Of a DNA stretch of 64,000 nucleotides, positions 52,399-64,000 are shown piece after piece. The position numbers were made by a program, and so were the translations under genes. The DNA comes from Octopus sinensis (lineage: Eukaryota). The notes beneath the pieces are model-generated. The model was not told where the DNA came from, did no database searches, and saw only the letters and a list, made by a program, of their open reading frames with translations. The stretch spans positions 63,612,001 through 63,676,000 of the forward strand of contig NC_043000.1 in assembly GCF_006345805.1 (NCBI RefSeq), in the 5' to 3' direction. Position 1 is the stretch's first letter. The number at the start of each line of letters is the position of its first letter.

Positions 52399-52538
52399 CA
52401 GCAATACCGTGTGATATCTGTGTAGTGTATTTTATCAAAGTAACACTATGCATTAATGAAGATATTTAGATACACACACATACAAACACACACGCATACA
52501 CACGCACACACATATACACACAGACTAACAGAGATAGT

Positions 52539-52660
<122 letters not shown>

Positions 52661-52903
52661 CAACTCTGGCCGAAATACAATTAATATGAAATAAAGCTGA
52701 AGCAAGTGAACACGGAATTATTAGTGCGTGTGTTTTCATTGGCTAAATTGGCAACATGACCATCCCCAAATACAACAATATCTGTTTCAACACACTAATT
52801 CACATAAAAATCTTGCAAAACGAATACATAAGCATAAACATGTGTGTGTGCGTGTGTGTGTGTGTGTGTATGTATAGATAGATAGATAGATAGATAGATA
52901 GAT

Positions 52904-52974
<71 letters not shown>

Positions 52975-52980
52975 GGATAT

Positions 52981-53130
52981 GACACTCGGTCGGTTACGAC
53001 GACGAGGGTTCCAGTTCATCCGATCAACGGAACAGCCTGCTCGTGAAATCAACGTGAACGTGGCTGAGTATTCCACAAACACATGTACACTTAACGTAGT
53101 TCTCAGAGAGATTCAGCGGGACGCAGATTG
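52981..53130 (-). mobile_element. SINE family C 3' fragment
   Basis: Matches 45053-45200. Confidence 0.88.
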
Positions 53131-53235
53131 AGACAGATAGACAGACAGAAAGACAAACAAACATACATACATACATACATACATACATACATACATACAT
53201 ACATACATACATACATACATACATTTCTTTTTTTC

Positions 53236-53639
53236 TTTTTCTTTTTACTAGTTTCTGTCATTTTGACTACGGCCATGCTGGAGCACCACCTTTAATCGAG
53301 CAACTCGACCCCGGGACTTATACTTTGTAAGCCTGGTACTTATTCTATCGGTCTCTTTTACCGAACCGCTAAGTGACGGGGACATAAACACACCAGCATC
53401 GGTTGTCAAGCAATGCTAGGGGGACAAACACAGACACACAAACATACACGTACATACATATATATACATATATACGACGGGCTTCTTTCAGTTTCCGTCT
53501 ACCAAATCCACTCACAAGGCTTAGGTCGGCCCGAGGCTATAGTAGAAGACATTTGCCCAAGGTGCCACGCAGTGGGACTGAACCCGGAACCATCTGGTTG
53601 GTAAACAAGCTACTTACCACACAGCTACTCCTGCGCCTA
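53236..53639 (-). mobile_element. SINE family A, full length
   Basis: Closely similar to 41420-41826. Confidence 0.92.
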
Positions 53640-54682
53640 CATACATACATACATACATACATACATACATACATACATACATACATACATACATACATAC
53701 ATACATACATACATACATACGTACGTACGTACGTACGTATGTATGTATGTATGTCTGTAATATATTTACACTGATTGATACACCTAAGTAGGAAAATGAA
53801 AACGAGTATACTGTAGAACGCCATTGTATTATTGTCAGTACTTCTGAACAGACATCTATAAAATCCTTTTTTAAATGTTCACAAACTAACTGATAAAAGA
53901 AAAGTTATTTAATTATCAACTGGCATGAATTCACACAAGGGTTTTTGCGTGACACTACGAATCGATTATAGATAAATTTGACATAAAATAGGAGATAAGT
54001 TTCTGGAGGGGAAATCCATGACACTCCAACCATAAATAAATCTGCTATGAAGTTTGTCAGAAGATCGCTCATGAATTTATTTGCAATAAAGTACATCTCT
54101 GCATGCATTTGTTGTTCTGTTTCAATTAGCCACACCTATTGAAGTAAGTAGATGGAGGGATAACTAGGTCCTGGTATCCATCTCAGTATACACCGTTAGG
54201 AATTTTGAGACCAGTAAAGTAGTGATATATAACGGTATATTATTTAATTGTGATGTGAATACAAATCTAAAACCCTTTCATGTACTACGCGGTTTAAATA
54301 ATGAGGAAAAATCTGCGTTCACTTAAAGCAAAAGAACGAGCAATAGAGTGTAGTGGTTATTTATTTTATCCAGTTCTCAAAATGTCATCATCATCCCCAT
54401 CACTTACCTTCCCCTCTACCTCTCTCTTCCTATCTCCCTCTCCCACTCTCTTTCTCCCCTTTTCTCTCTTTCTCTCTCCTCTCTCTTTCTTCTCCTCTTT
54501 ATCCATGCCTCTCTATTCATGTGTGCATTTGATATTTTCTGGATTAACATACTAACCCGTTAATCTTGAATGCTAGATTTTCCACCATAAACATTACATT
54601 CCCCTTTCATGTCCACCTTTTGACATTACTTTTCCACGTCTTTCATTTTTTTAAATTTCGCATTTTTTGTAATGGGTCACTG

Positions 54683-54721
<39 letters not shown>

Positions 54722-55192
54722 GCCTTTCTTCCCTTCTCTCTCTCCTCTCTCCCCCTCTCTCTTCCACACACACTATCTTATTCGAAGGACGAGTGCTTGA
54801 AACGTTAAATCTCTCTTCTTTACGTCATAATACATATTCCAAGTAAACTTCACAATTACGATATCTACCTAGACTTTAGTTTAAACTGAGTGATAGATAT
54901 ATATTGTTCGACTCTTTCCACAATTGAAAATGGCATTTGTAACTAGCGACACAATTGTCAGGAAAGTATTGTTTAAAGGATATACTTTTATTGTCGCCAG
55001 GAGACGAGAAACCTGTGTTTATTGGAGATGTGAGAAATATTTTAAGTGAAACTATAACTTATTAGATTTATAACTCATGCCGGTGTTATTCAGAAGATCT
55101 CTCATAACGAATCTGTCAGCTCGCCGCCTTAACAGGGATACTAATATTGATTTCACAAAAACAGTCACAAAATTCTATGATACAGTACATAC

Positions 55193-55413
55193 CAGTTCTG
55201 TATTTAAGAGATGAGGAATTATGTACATTATTTACATTATTTACATTTGACGGATATTTGTTCTCATCTTGTTTGTTGTTAACACAATGTTTCGGTTGAT
55301 ATACCCTTCAGCCTTCATCAGGTGTCTTAGGGAAATTTCGAACCTGGGTTCTCATTCCTAAGGTGTTGCTGTTGTTGTTGTTATTATTATTGTTGTTGTT
55401 GTTATTATTATTA

Positions 55414-55469
<56 letters not shown>

Positions 55470-55508
55470 TCACTGCTTGGAATCGAACTCGGAATCTTGG
55501 GGCTAGTA
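55193..55508 (-). mobile_element. Short element: partial tRNA-like head, (AAT/AAC)n spacer, hammerhead-containing 3' body
   Basis: B box gagttcgattcc at 55479-55490; hammerhead gacac CTGATGA a ggctga...tcaacc GAAACATT gtgtt at 55281-55326. Confidence 0.6.
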
Positions 55509-56354
55509 AATAAAACTTTATTAATCGAAATAAACACCATCAGAATCAACAAACTTTTACCAACACGAACCAAGTCTATTTATGCCAGTAGGGTAAAAAT
55601 CCTGCGTTCTGATGGCGATGAAGTCGTTGAAGGCGTGTTTAGCATCGTCTTTGTTTTTGAAGCATTTCTCACGCAGCAAGCTGTCGAGATGCTTGAAAAA
55701 GTGGTTGTCGGTAGGCGAGAGGTCTGGTGAATATGGCGGATGAGGCAGAGTTTCATAGCCCAATTCGTTCAACTTCTGCAGGGTCAGTTGTGCGACGTGC
55801 GGCCGGGCGTTGTCGTTGAGAAGAACTGGTCCTTTTCTATTAACCAATGCTGGTTGTTGTTGTCGGAGTTTCTAATGCATTTCATTCATTTGCTGACAGT
55901 ATTTCTCCGTCGTAATGATTTCGCCTGGATCCAAAAAGCTGTGATGGATGAGACTGGCCACAGACCACCAAACGGTCACCATGACCTTCTTTTGGTGCAA
56001 CTTTGGCTTCGGGAAGTGCCGTGGAGCTTAGTCGACATCGAACCACTGAGCTAAGCGTCGCCTGTTGTCGTAAAGAATCCACTTTTCGTCGCAAGTCAGA
56101 ATCCGGTCGAGAAACGGGTCGTTCTTGTTGTGTAAAAGAGAAGACGACACTTCAAAACGGCGGGTTTTTTTTATTGTTTTTTTTTTTTGTCGTTCAATTA
56201 TTCAAAAAGAAAACGAGTAACATGATTAGATAGAGCGAAAACGGTCTATGAAATGATATATAAATTCAAAGTAATTTAGCGAAAATTAATTTGAAAATAC
56301 ATCATTTTAAACAAAAATTTAAAATTCCGCAAGAAGTTTCTTGACAACCTAATA
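55509..56354 (-). mobile_element. mariner (Hsmar1/SETMAR-like) remnant with 5' TIR
   Basis: LLNDNARPH...PHPPYSPDLSPTD; TIR ta-ttaggttgtcaagaaacttcttgcgg; internal deletion, 3' TIR absent. Confidence 0.92.
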
Positions 56355-56907
56355 ACTTGACCCTACCTGAGACTTGAAACCAAACCCACCTGCTTGATGC
56401 TTGTCAAAACGAGCGGGAAATCCTCTCCACACCAGATGATTGATGAGGAAACACTCGACCCTCTAGGACCTGTGCTGGTCAAGGAAAGGTCAGTCCTTTG
56501 TTAACGGTTTGACCTACATTACTGACCATAGTCTATATAACAGAGAGAATTTCCTATCTCTTCCTCTTTTGTGTCAGTGTCTGTTATATAGACTATGGTC
56601 AGTAATGTAGGTCAAACCGTTAACAAAGGACTGACCTTTCCTTGACCAGCACAGGTCCTAGAGGGTCGAGTGTTTCCTCATCAATCATCTGGTGTGGAGA
56701 GGATTTCCCGCTCGTTTTGACAAGCATCAAGCAGGTGGGTTTGGTTTCAAGTCTCAGGTAGGGTCAAGTTATTAGGTTGTCAAGAAACTTCTTGCGGAAT
56801 TTTAAATTTTTGTTTAAAATGATGTATTTTCAAATTAATTTTCGTTAAATTACTTTGAATTTATATATCATTTCATAGACCGTTTTCGCTCTATCTAATC
56901 ATGTTAC
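56217..56907. repeat. Inverted duplication: 328 bp arms, 35 bp spacer
   Basis: 56217-56544 versus 56580-56907; only one mismatch found by eye. Confidence 0.95.
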
Positions 56908-57259
56908 ATTATCAGGTCATATATACCTAAACATACATGCATACATACATACACAAATAATGTATATATGTGTATATATACATGCATACATATATGTATA
57001 TATGCACATATATATATACACATATACACATATATGCATACATTTGTGCGTGCATTTATATATACATATGTGGGTGTACGTATGCGTGTGTATGTGTGTA
57101 TGTGATTATATAAACATATATATACGCGTATAAACACACATGCTTACATATAATGACACTCACAAACACGCATAATGTGTTTTTTGTGTGTCCGTGTATG
57201 TGTGTGCTTGTGTGTATGTATATGTGCATGTATGTGTGTGCATGTGTGTGTGTTCGTTC

Positions 57260-57308
<49 letters not shown>

Positions 57309-57674
57309 CGTGTATATGTGTGTGTGCGTATGTGTGCGTATGTGTGCGTGGTGTTCTCTATTGTGGTTAAATTTCTTACGAGCAGCGTTCAGCTAATCAT
57401 CCAGTAATCATTGCAATTGTATCTTCGCCAACATAAATAATTGGTTTTAACTGCCGGAAAACAGTTTATCTCTCTTTTTTATTTATCTATTTCTTTTATC
57501 AAAACTTATTTACCAAACAACTAATTGAATTACGTTTCTTCAGCGACACAGAACTTTTTGAAACATCCAAGCAAACGTGAGTATAGGTACTCTTTATCTG
57601 TTCCCCTCTCTGTATCTCTGTCTTATTTAAGTGCGAGCGTGTGCGAGCGTGTGAGAGTGTACGCGCGCAAACGT

Positions 57675-57812
<138 letters not shown>

Positions 57813-57842
57813 GTGTGTGTCTTTGTGTGTGTGCTTGAGGAT

Positions 57843-57947
57843 GACAAAATGGACGGACCCTGATGAAATTGCACCGACGATATTGCAAGAATGCATCAAC
57901 AACAGTGAGTAGTAGCCGCAACGGAAACGCGTGTAGGTCATTTTATC
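57843..57947 (+). ncRNA. Type-I hammerhead-like motif with long stem II insert
   Basis: gacc CTGATGA aattgc...gcaacg GAAAC gcgt GTA ggtc; extended stem I gacaaaatg/cattttatc; closing pairs of stem II mismatched. Confidence 0.55.
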
Positions 57948-58156
57948 AATGGCCAGCATATCAAAAAATACCTTTAAAGGTTAAATTTATAAATAATTTA
58001 CGAATTAACTCCGAAATTGGACCAATACGGTAATAACGAATTTTTTAGAGATTTCTATCGGTTTATTTCGAGACGCATAAATTATAATGGTTTATTGACA
58101 ATTATTATTTTTTCGGTATATTTGGCATTGGAATTTTTCTTTTGCCCTTATCTTGT

Positions 58157-58243
<87 letters not shown>

Positions 58244-58526
58244 TGTATATATGTGAGATAATAGTTTCTGTATTAAAACTGAAAGCATTATCTCACATTA
58301 CAATAGAGTTCTTATTGTTTCACTTTTGACACGTAATATTGAAATAGTGTAAGAGATAAGAGATTGGTCTGGGCAAGAAGTTGGAAATTGTTTTGGCCCA
58401 TGACACTGCATGAGCCCTAAGTAAAGCATGTGTAAAATTTGAGTGGGTGGTTCTCGAGTTTTAGTGATGCACACATACAGACAGATACACACACACATAC
58501 ACACACACATTCTTAGTTATATATAT

Positions 58527-58594
<68 letters not shown>

Positions 58595-58839
58595 CGACGG
58601 GCTTCTTTCAGTTTCTGTCTACCAAATCCAATGCCAAAGCTTTGGTCGGCCCGAGGCAAGATACTCGCCAAAGATGCCACGCTATCGACGCACAGTTTGT
58701 GTCAGTATAGTATGAGCAGGGAAGGTTATCGCTCCCATCTCTGAGGCTAAACAGTAGCAACATCGTCCTATGTAAAACTGCCACTGTGTAGAACTGGTAT
58801 ATAGTTTATCAGTACATACAGAAAGGAGGAGAGAGAGCA

Positions 58840-59815
58840 CCATTGACGGATCGAACGCCAGATGCTGAATGGCTCCGACAGGTGACCATTCACCCGAACA
58901 ACCGAGCAGATGCCGCTGTACAAAGCAGCAATCTAGCCGTAGAAGACTGAACCGAAACTGGCTGCCTTGAGAACAGCTGCCAAATATTGATGGTCTACCC
59001 TATCAAAGGCTTTAGATTGATCGAAATTGATCAGGGCCCCACCCATGCCAGCTCCGTTACCCATTCTCTCTATGTTGGAGAGAGTTGAAGCTTATCGTGA
59101 ACACTCCTGGTTGGGATGACGCATGTTTGCACCTTGCCAACCAGCTTGTGCACGACAAGCGTCAACCTCTTGACTAACACCTTGGCCAAAATCTTCAACT
59201 CTGCATTAAGCAGAGTGGTGGGCCTGAAATTCTCTATAACGTTCCCCTTATTTGGGTCTTTTTCAGCAGTGCCACCACCCCTCGATAAACAATAGCAGGA
59301 ATTCTCCCATTTTGTTGCCAGTTGCAGTAGACGTCTGCCAAGAGGCCCGCAAACAAGTATGGCATTGAAATGTAAATCTTGTAGGGCAGACTATCCAAAC
59401 CCGGTGATCTGCCTCTAGTGCAACTTTTCATCGCTTCCTGTACTTCCCAGGCTGTTATCGGCCTTTCGCAGTACTCCGTCTCGTTCGCCGAGAGTTGCGG
59501 CAGACCGTCCAGCTTCACACCGAAGTCTGCCCTGTTATCCGTCCCTTCGTTCGTCCGAAACAGTCGAACAAAGTGCTGCTGAAAGTCTGCTCACATCTGC
59601 TTCGATTCGAACACCTCGCGCCCATTCTGGTCCACTAAAGACCGAATGGTGGCTTTGTTGATACGTTTAGCCTCAGCCACGCAGGCCCATCGCGACACTT
59701 TCCTTCCCTCCCCGCTTAGTGAACGTGCCTTAGCTCTGATAACGCAGCCTTCGTGTTTGGCGTCGAAAAATTGATCGAGGGCCAATCTCGTCGCCAATAC
59801 ATCAGTTGCGATGCC
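58840..59815 (-). pseudogene. L1/Tx1-clade ORF2 reverse transcriptase fragment
   Basis: PITAWEVQEAMK...RSPGLDSLP; NFRPTTLLNAELKILAKVL; DQSKAFDRVDH. Confidence 0.92.
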
Positions 59816-59934
59816 TGTCCAAACTCACGGAGCGCTGAAAACACGTCTTAACTCGCCGACGACAACAACAACAACAAAAACAACAACAACAACAACAACA
59901 GCAACAACAACAATAATAATAATAATAATAATAA

Positions 59935-60132
59935 TGGTTTCAAATTTTTCCACAAATGCACCAATTTGGGGGGAAGGGATGAGTCGGTTACATCGACCAG
60001 AGTATTTCACTGGTACTTAATTTATCGACCATGAAAGGCAAGGTCGACCTCAGCAGAATTTGAACGTCAAGGCGGACGAATTGCTGCTAAGCATTTCGCC
60101 CGGTGTGCTAACGATTCGGCCAGCTCGCTACC
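59935..60132 (-). mobile_element. SINE family B
   Basis: Reverse complement of the family B pattern. Confidence 0.85.
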
Positions 60133-60189
60133 TAACAATAACAATAACAACGAAATTGTTGTACACAGTGCTCAGATGCACTACAAAAA

Positions 60190-60510
60190 TAAAGGCATCG
60201 GGTGTACTGTTGGCGCATTTCAGGAAGCATGGAAGTTTTAAAGGATGTAGTATCACGACAACTAACAACTGAAGCTGGTAGTTTATTCTATACTTCAGCA
60301 ATTCTAAATATGAAAAATGTTTCTGAAAATCATGAATGCTGTGTTGTTTTTCATTATGTAAATACGTCCACGAGTATTTGACCTGTGGAATTCAAAATTC
60401 CCAAGGTTGTTGGAAAGATGGTGGATAATTTTGTGAGTGTCTACCAAGTCAATTGCCAGACATCTGAGCTTTAATGTGTCCATGCCGAGGAAAGCAAGAC
60501 GTTCAGAGAT
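60190..60510 (-). pseudogene. CR1-like LINE C-terminal fragment
   Basis: ERLAFLGMDTLKLRCLAIDLVDTHKII...NTRGR...NKLPASVV. Confidence 0.75.
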
Positions 60511-60838
60511 ACCTGATGGTGGGTATTCGTTTGGTTGCACGTTTCTGAACCGTTTCCAGTGGATTGACATGCTGAAGAAGATAGAGGTTCCAGAATGGTG
60601 ATGCAAACCCCAAGTGTGGACGTGCCAGTCATATACAGCTTGAAATAGATAGCTGGATGGCGGCTGACAAGTAACATATACACAACACGATGGCGAAGGA
60701 TGTATATATGCATGTATATGTGTATGTATGTATATATTACTAAGATACAGGCACACACACACATATATATTAAACTAATACATCTTTTTGTTGTTTACAC
60801 ACCCGTATTCGTCTTTTGTAAATTCTCACTATATATAT

Positions 60839-60920
<82 letters not shown>

Positions 60921-60934
60921 TATATATATATATA

Positions 60935-62470
60935 TTAGCAGAGGCATCCGGCGTCAGAAGAAAAAACGCAAAATATGGTATAGAAAAACTCACATTTATA
61001 TTGGAAGAAAAAACGCAAAATGTGGTATAGAAATTTGTTATTCTAAATTCAATTTATTCTCCAATTGGGAAACATACAATTTATTCTTTAATTGGGAATC
61101 AATTCTGATTCATAATACAAAACAACAATAATAGTCATAAATGAAAATATAAAATTTACCATTTTTATGAAAAGAGATAAATTCTACCACATATGTTGAA
61201 GGGAATTACGTAAGAGCTTCTGGGTAAACATTTTTTGTTTTCTGGTTTGGAGCGTAGACAAATAAGTCTTGCAAACTGCCTACCCTGGAGCAATCAAGAT
61301 AAAGGTAACCATGAGAAAAGCAAGTAAGCAGATTTCAAAGATTGGCCTTGAGTTTTATTAAGACATTACAAAGCAAAGTCGCACTGGGAATTGTGTTCAT
61401 TTGAACTGAAATGGCATGTCTGTTGGTTTGACTGGAATCCTTGGAATGAAAGCCTCTTCTCCAGAAGCACATCCATTGATAATGGTAGCTTCTGTCACAT
61501 TAGATGGTAATGTCTTCACAATTAACCTTGTCCCATTGCATAATGTAGGATGATCTAAATTTCTTAGAAGGGACACCTACCGTCAGAAAAGGTTTATGTG
61601 GGGGAGTTCCAGGTTGCTTAAGAGAATTAAGGAACTCTGTTGGGTAATGGGCAGCTTGATTTTCATCAAAGACTAATCATCTGATTTGTACTTCCTAAGG
61701 ACTGTTGGAATCTTATTCATTAATTCACGGTTAATCCTTGCTACTCTCACATTTTTTGAGCAAGAATTACCCTTTCACACAACCATTTATGTCAATTATA
61801 ATTATTACTAAAGTCAGGAAATACCCTGTTCTTCAATTTAGCTGGAGAATTTACCATGATAGCCAAACTGATATCACCATTCCCATAAAATTGTACTTTC
61901 CCATTTCCTAATTGGAGGAGCCAGGTTGAAAACTGTTTTGCACATTGGTCCCCATATAATAAAGCTCGCACATAAGTATTGAAGGAGAATTTCAGTATTC
62001 CATAGGTGTGAAGATTTAATGCATGCTTTTATTTCTATCAAATCTTGTTCGTCTCGAAATGACTGGTAATATCTATCTGAAGTCTCCCGATAAAACTGCT
62101 GTAACTCCTCCCATAAATTTATTGTTGTCTCTGATGTCCTGTAAGGTTTTACCAAAAGCTTTCATTGCACCTCTATGTGACATGGTGCATTTATCCCAAA
62201 TGATAAGGTAGCATTGGCACAACACTTCTGGTGAACCTGAATCTTTGCCTATGTTACAAATTGGACTGTCGTTTGTGACCACGTTTAGTGGCAATTTAAA
62301 AGCGGAATGAGCTGCTCGTCCTCCCGGGAGAATGGTGGCAACAAAGCCAGACAATGGAACAGTAACTGCAATTTTTTTATGTTACCTTACCTTGGAGAGA
62401 AGCAATGTTACAAATGTTTTACCTGTACCAATAGGAGTATCAAGGAAGAAAATTTCTCTGCTTTTTTCTG
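60935..62470 (-). mobile_element. Helitron 3' part with degraded PIF1 helicase
   Basis: Walker A FLDTPIGTGKTF, GGRAAHSAFKLP, IIWDKC, LSGDFR, C-terminal TKNVYPEAL*; terminus ...acgccggatgcctctgCTAA|T in (TA)n. Confidence 0.9.
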
Positions 62471-62794
62471 GCGATTGTGGAACGCCGCACGCACGCACGC
62501 ACACATACACACACACAAACACAAATACATATACATACAGTATCAAACATCAGATAAAGTGGACGTGTGTGAGAGAGAGAGAGAGAGCGAGGGAAGGGGG
62601 TGTTGTCATTTATACGTACATACATAAATGAATAGGCATACATCTTGTGTGTATGTGTGCGTGTGTGTGAGAGTGCCACTTAGACATCACTCTCTCTCTC
62701 TCTCTCACATACACACGCACACACACTGAAAAAAGATGTATGCATATGTATTTATGTAAATAGGTATACATAATAACACACTCCTCCACTCACA

Positions 62795-62831
<37 letters not shown>

Positions 62832-62992
62832 CACACACACATAAATGTATACAAACGTACATATAAAAACACACGTGTGTTTTTATATGTGTAGAACTGA
62901 ACACGGCGTGCAAAAAGAACATTAAAACATTTTACGGAAATTAACGAAGTGTGCAAGTTGAGAACGAAATGAAACCTGGAGTGTGTGAGTGT

Positions 62993-62995
<3 letters not shown>

Positions 62996-63064
<69 letters not shown>
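62996..63064. repeat. (GA)n microsatellite
   Basis: Read directly. Confidence 0.95.
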
Positions 63065-63066
<2 letters not shown>

Positions 63067-63615
63067 ATTGCAAACAATGAATGAGATAAACATGGATTGA
63101 AAAAATCGTACTCATAAAAGCACGTTAAAAATATCGAATATTTAAATTTGTGTCTTGTACCGAATATGTAAATTTGTGAACTTCGTAAATATTTCTTTCA
63201 GTAATTTATCATAGTTCTTTACAATAGCGAACATTAACATAAAGCCCGAGAGACTTCGCCGATTCTAGGTCAATACCGGAAGTTGATATTTAGAAACCTT
63301 TTCAAAGAAATGGATCATAACTATAAAGTAATATTTTATATTTTCAATATAAAAATCAAATGAAAACCCTATTATATGTCCGAGGTCAAATCATTTACGC
63401 ATCACAGTTAAGAAAGTTATTGGTGAAGCCGTTTTCACGTGAAAAGCGAATACACACACATCTCTATTTTATATTATTATTTTTTTATACATTGTATATA
63501 TATAGGTATATATATATATTATATATATATATATTATATATATAATATATATATATATAGATATATAGAATATATATATGTATGTATGTATCTATCTATG
63601 TACGTATGTATGTAT

Positions 63616-63646
<31 letters not shown>

Positions 63647-63798
63647 CAATACATATATAATATGTCTGTATAAATAATATATATATAATACTATGTATGT
63701 ACACAGATATATAAAATATTATACATGTTTATGTAATATATATATATATATATATAATATAGAGTATGTATGTATGTATGTATGTATAAATATATATA

Positions 63799-64000
63799 TG
63801 TAGTGATGCTACAGTGTAGGGTTCGGCGCGCATGCGCAGAATGGGACTACTTCCGGGTGGCCACCGGAAGTCTTCCCCATGCGCATGTGCGGGAAAACAT
63901 CTCTCGAGCCCGCGAACCTCAAATCTCTCTCTTCGGCTCAAGACAGCACTGCGATCGGTCACGGTTTTCCTGGCTCTGACAGCCACACACCAGCTTCAAC
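63799..64000. promoter_or_regulatory. CpG-rich segment with NRF1-like and ETS-like motifs (promoter or start of an LTR)
   Basis: GCGCATGCGC at 63828, ACTTCCGG at 63849, CCGGAAGT at 63864, TGCGCATGTGCG at 63880; begins TGTAGTG after (TA)n. Confidence 0.45.

Noticed and set aside
54775-54812. ttcgaaggacgagtgcttgaaacgtta hammerhead-like string
   Set aside because: Core and stems do not fit without several changes.
56436-56475. ttgatgag-gaaaca-ctc-gacc inside the palindrome arm as a hammerhead
   Set aside because: Lacks GAAA and a cleavage triplet.
58593-58690. Tx1 RT fragment next to a family A SINE as a second example of the SINE target site
   Set aside because: The junction is at a different SINE position, with no TSD and no intact 3' end.

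Overview
AT-rich eukaryotic non-coding DNA, dense in microsatellites and almost entirely made of transposable-element debris. The SINE families resemble those of Octopus/coleoid cephalopods (inferred from recalled repeat sequences, not searched). No intact host gene is visible, and most ORF-track entries are microsatellite artefacts. Recognisable elements: three tRNA-derived SINE families, one further unclassified dispersed repeat family, R4/Dong, RTE, L1/Tx1 and CR1 LINE fragments, Penelope-like element (PLE) RT and GIY-YIG pieces, piggyBac, two mariners, several Helitrons and a 2.1 kb foldback element. Highlights: (1) two non-LTR inserts in tandem at the identical site in a SINE tRNA head, the larger apparently ORF1-only, with three copies of the target duplication (22281-24666); (2) about nine minimal type-I hammerhead-ribozyme motifs, including a structurally intact G3-C8 compensatory variant behind a PLE GIY-YIG ORF (33813-33851) and an A6U variant shared by two copies of one family; (3) a short element that joins a tRNA-type B box to a hammerhead (55193-55508); (4) three long palindromes (34036-35099, 36721-37109, 56217-56907). 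Boundaries of degraded repeats are approximate.
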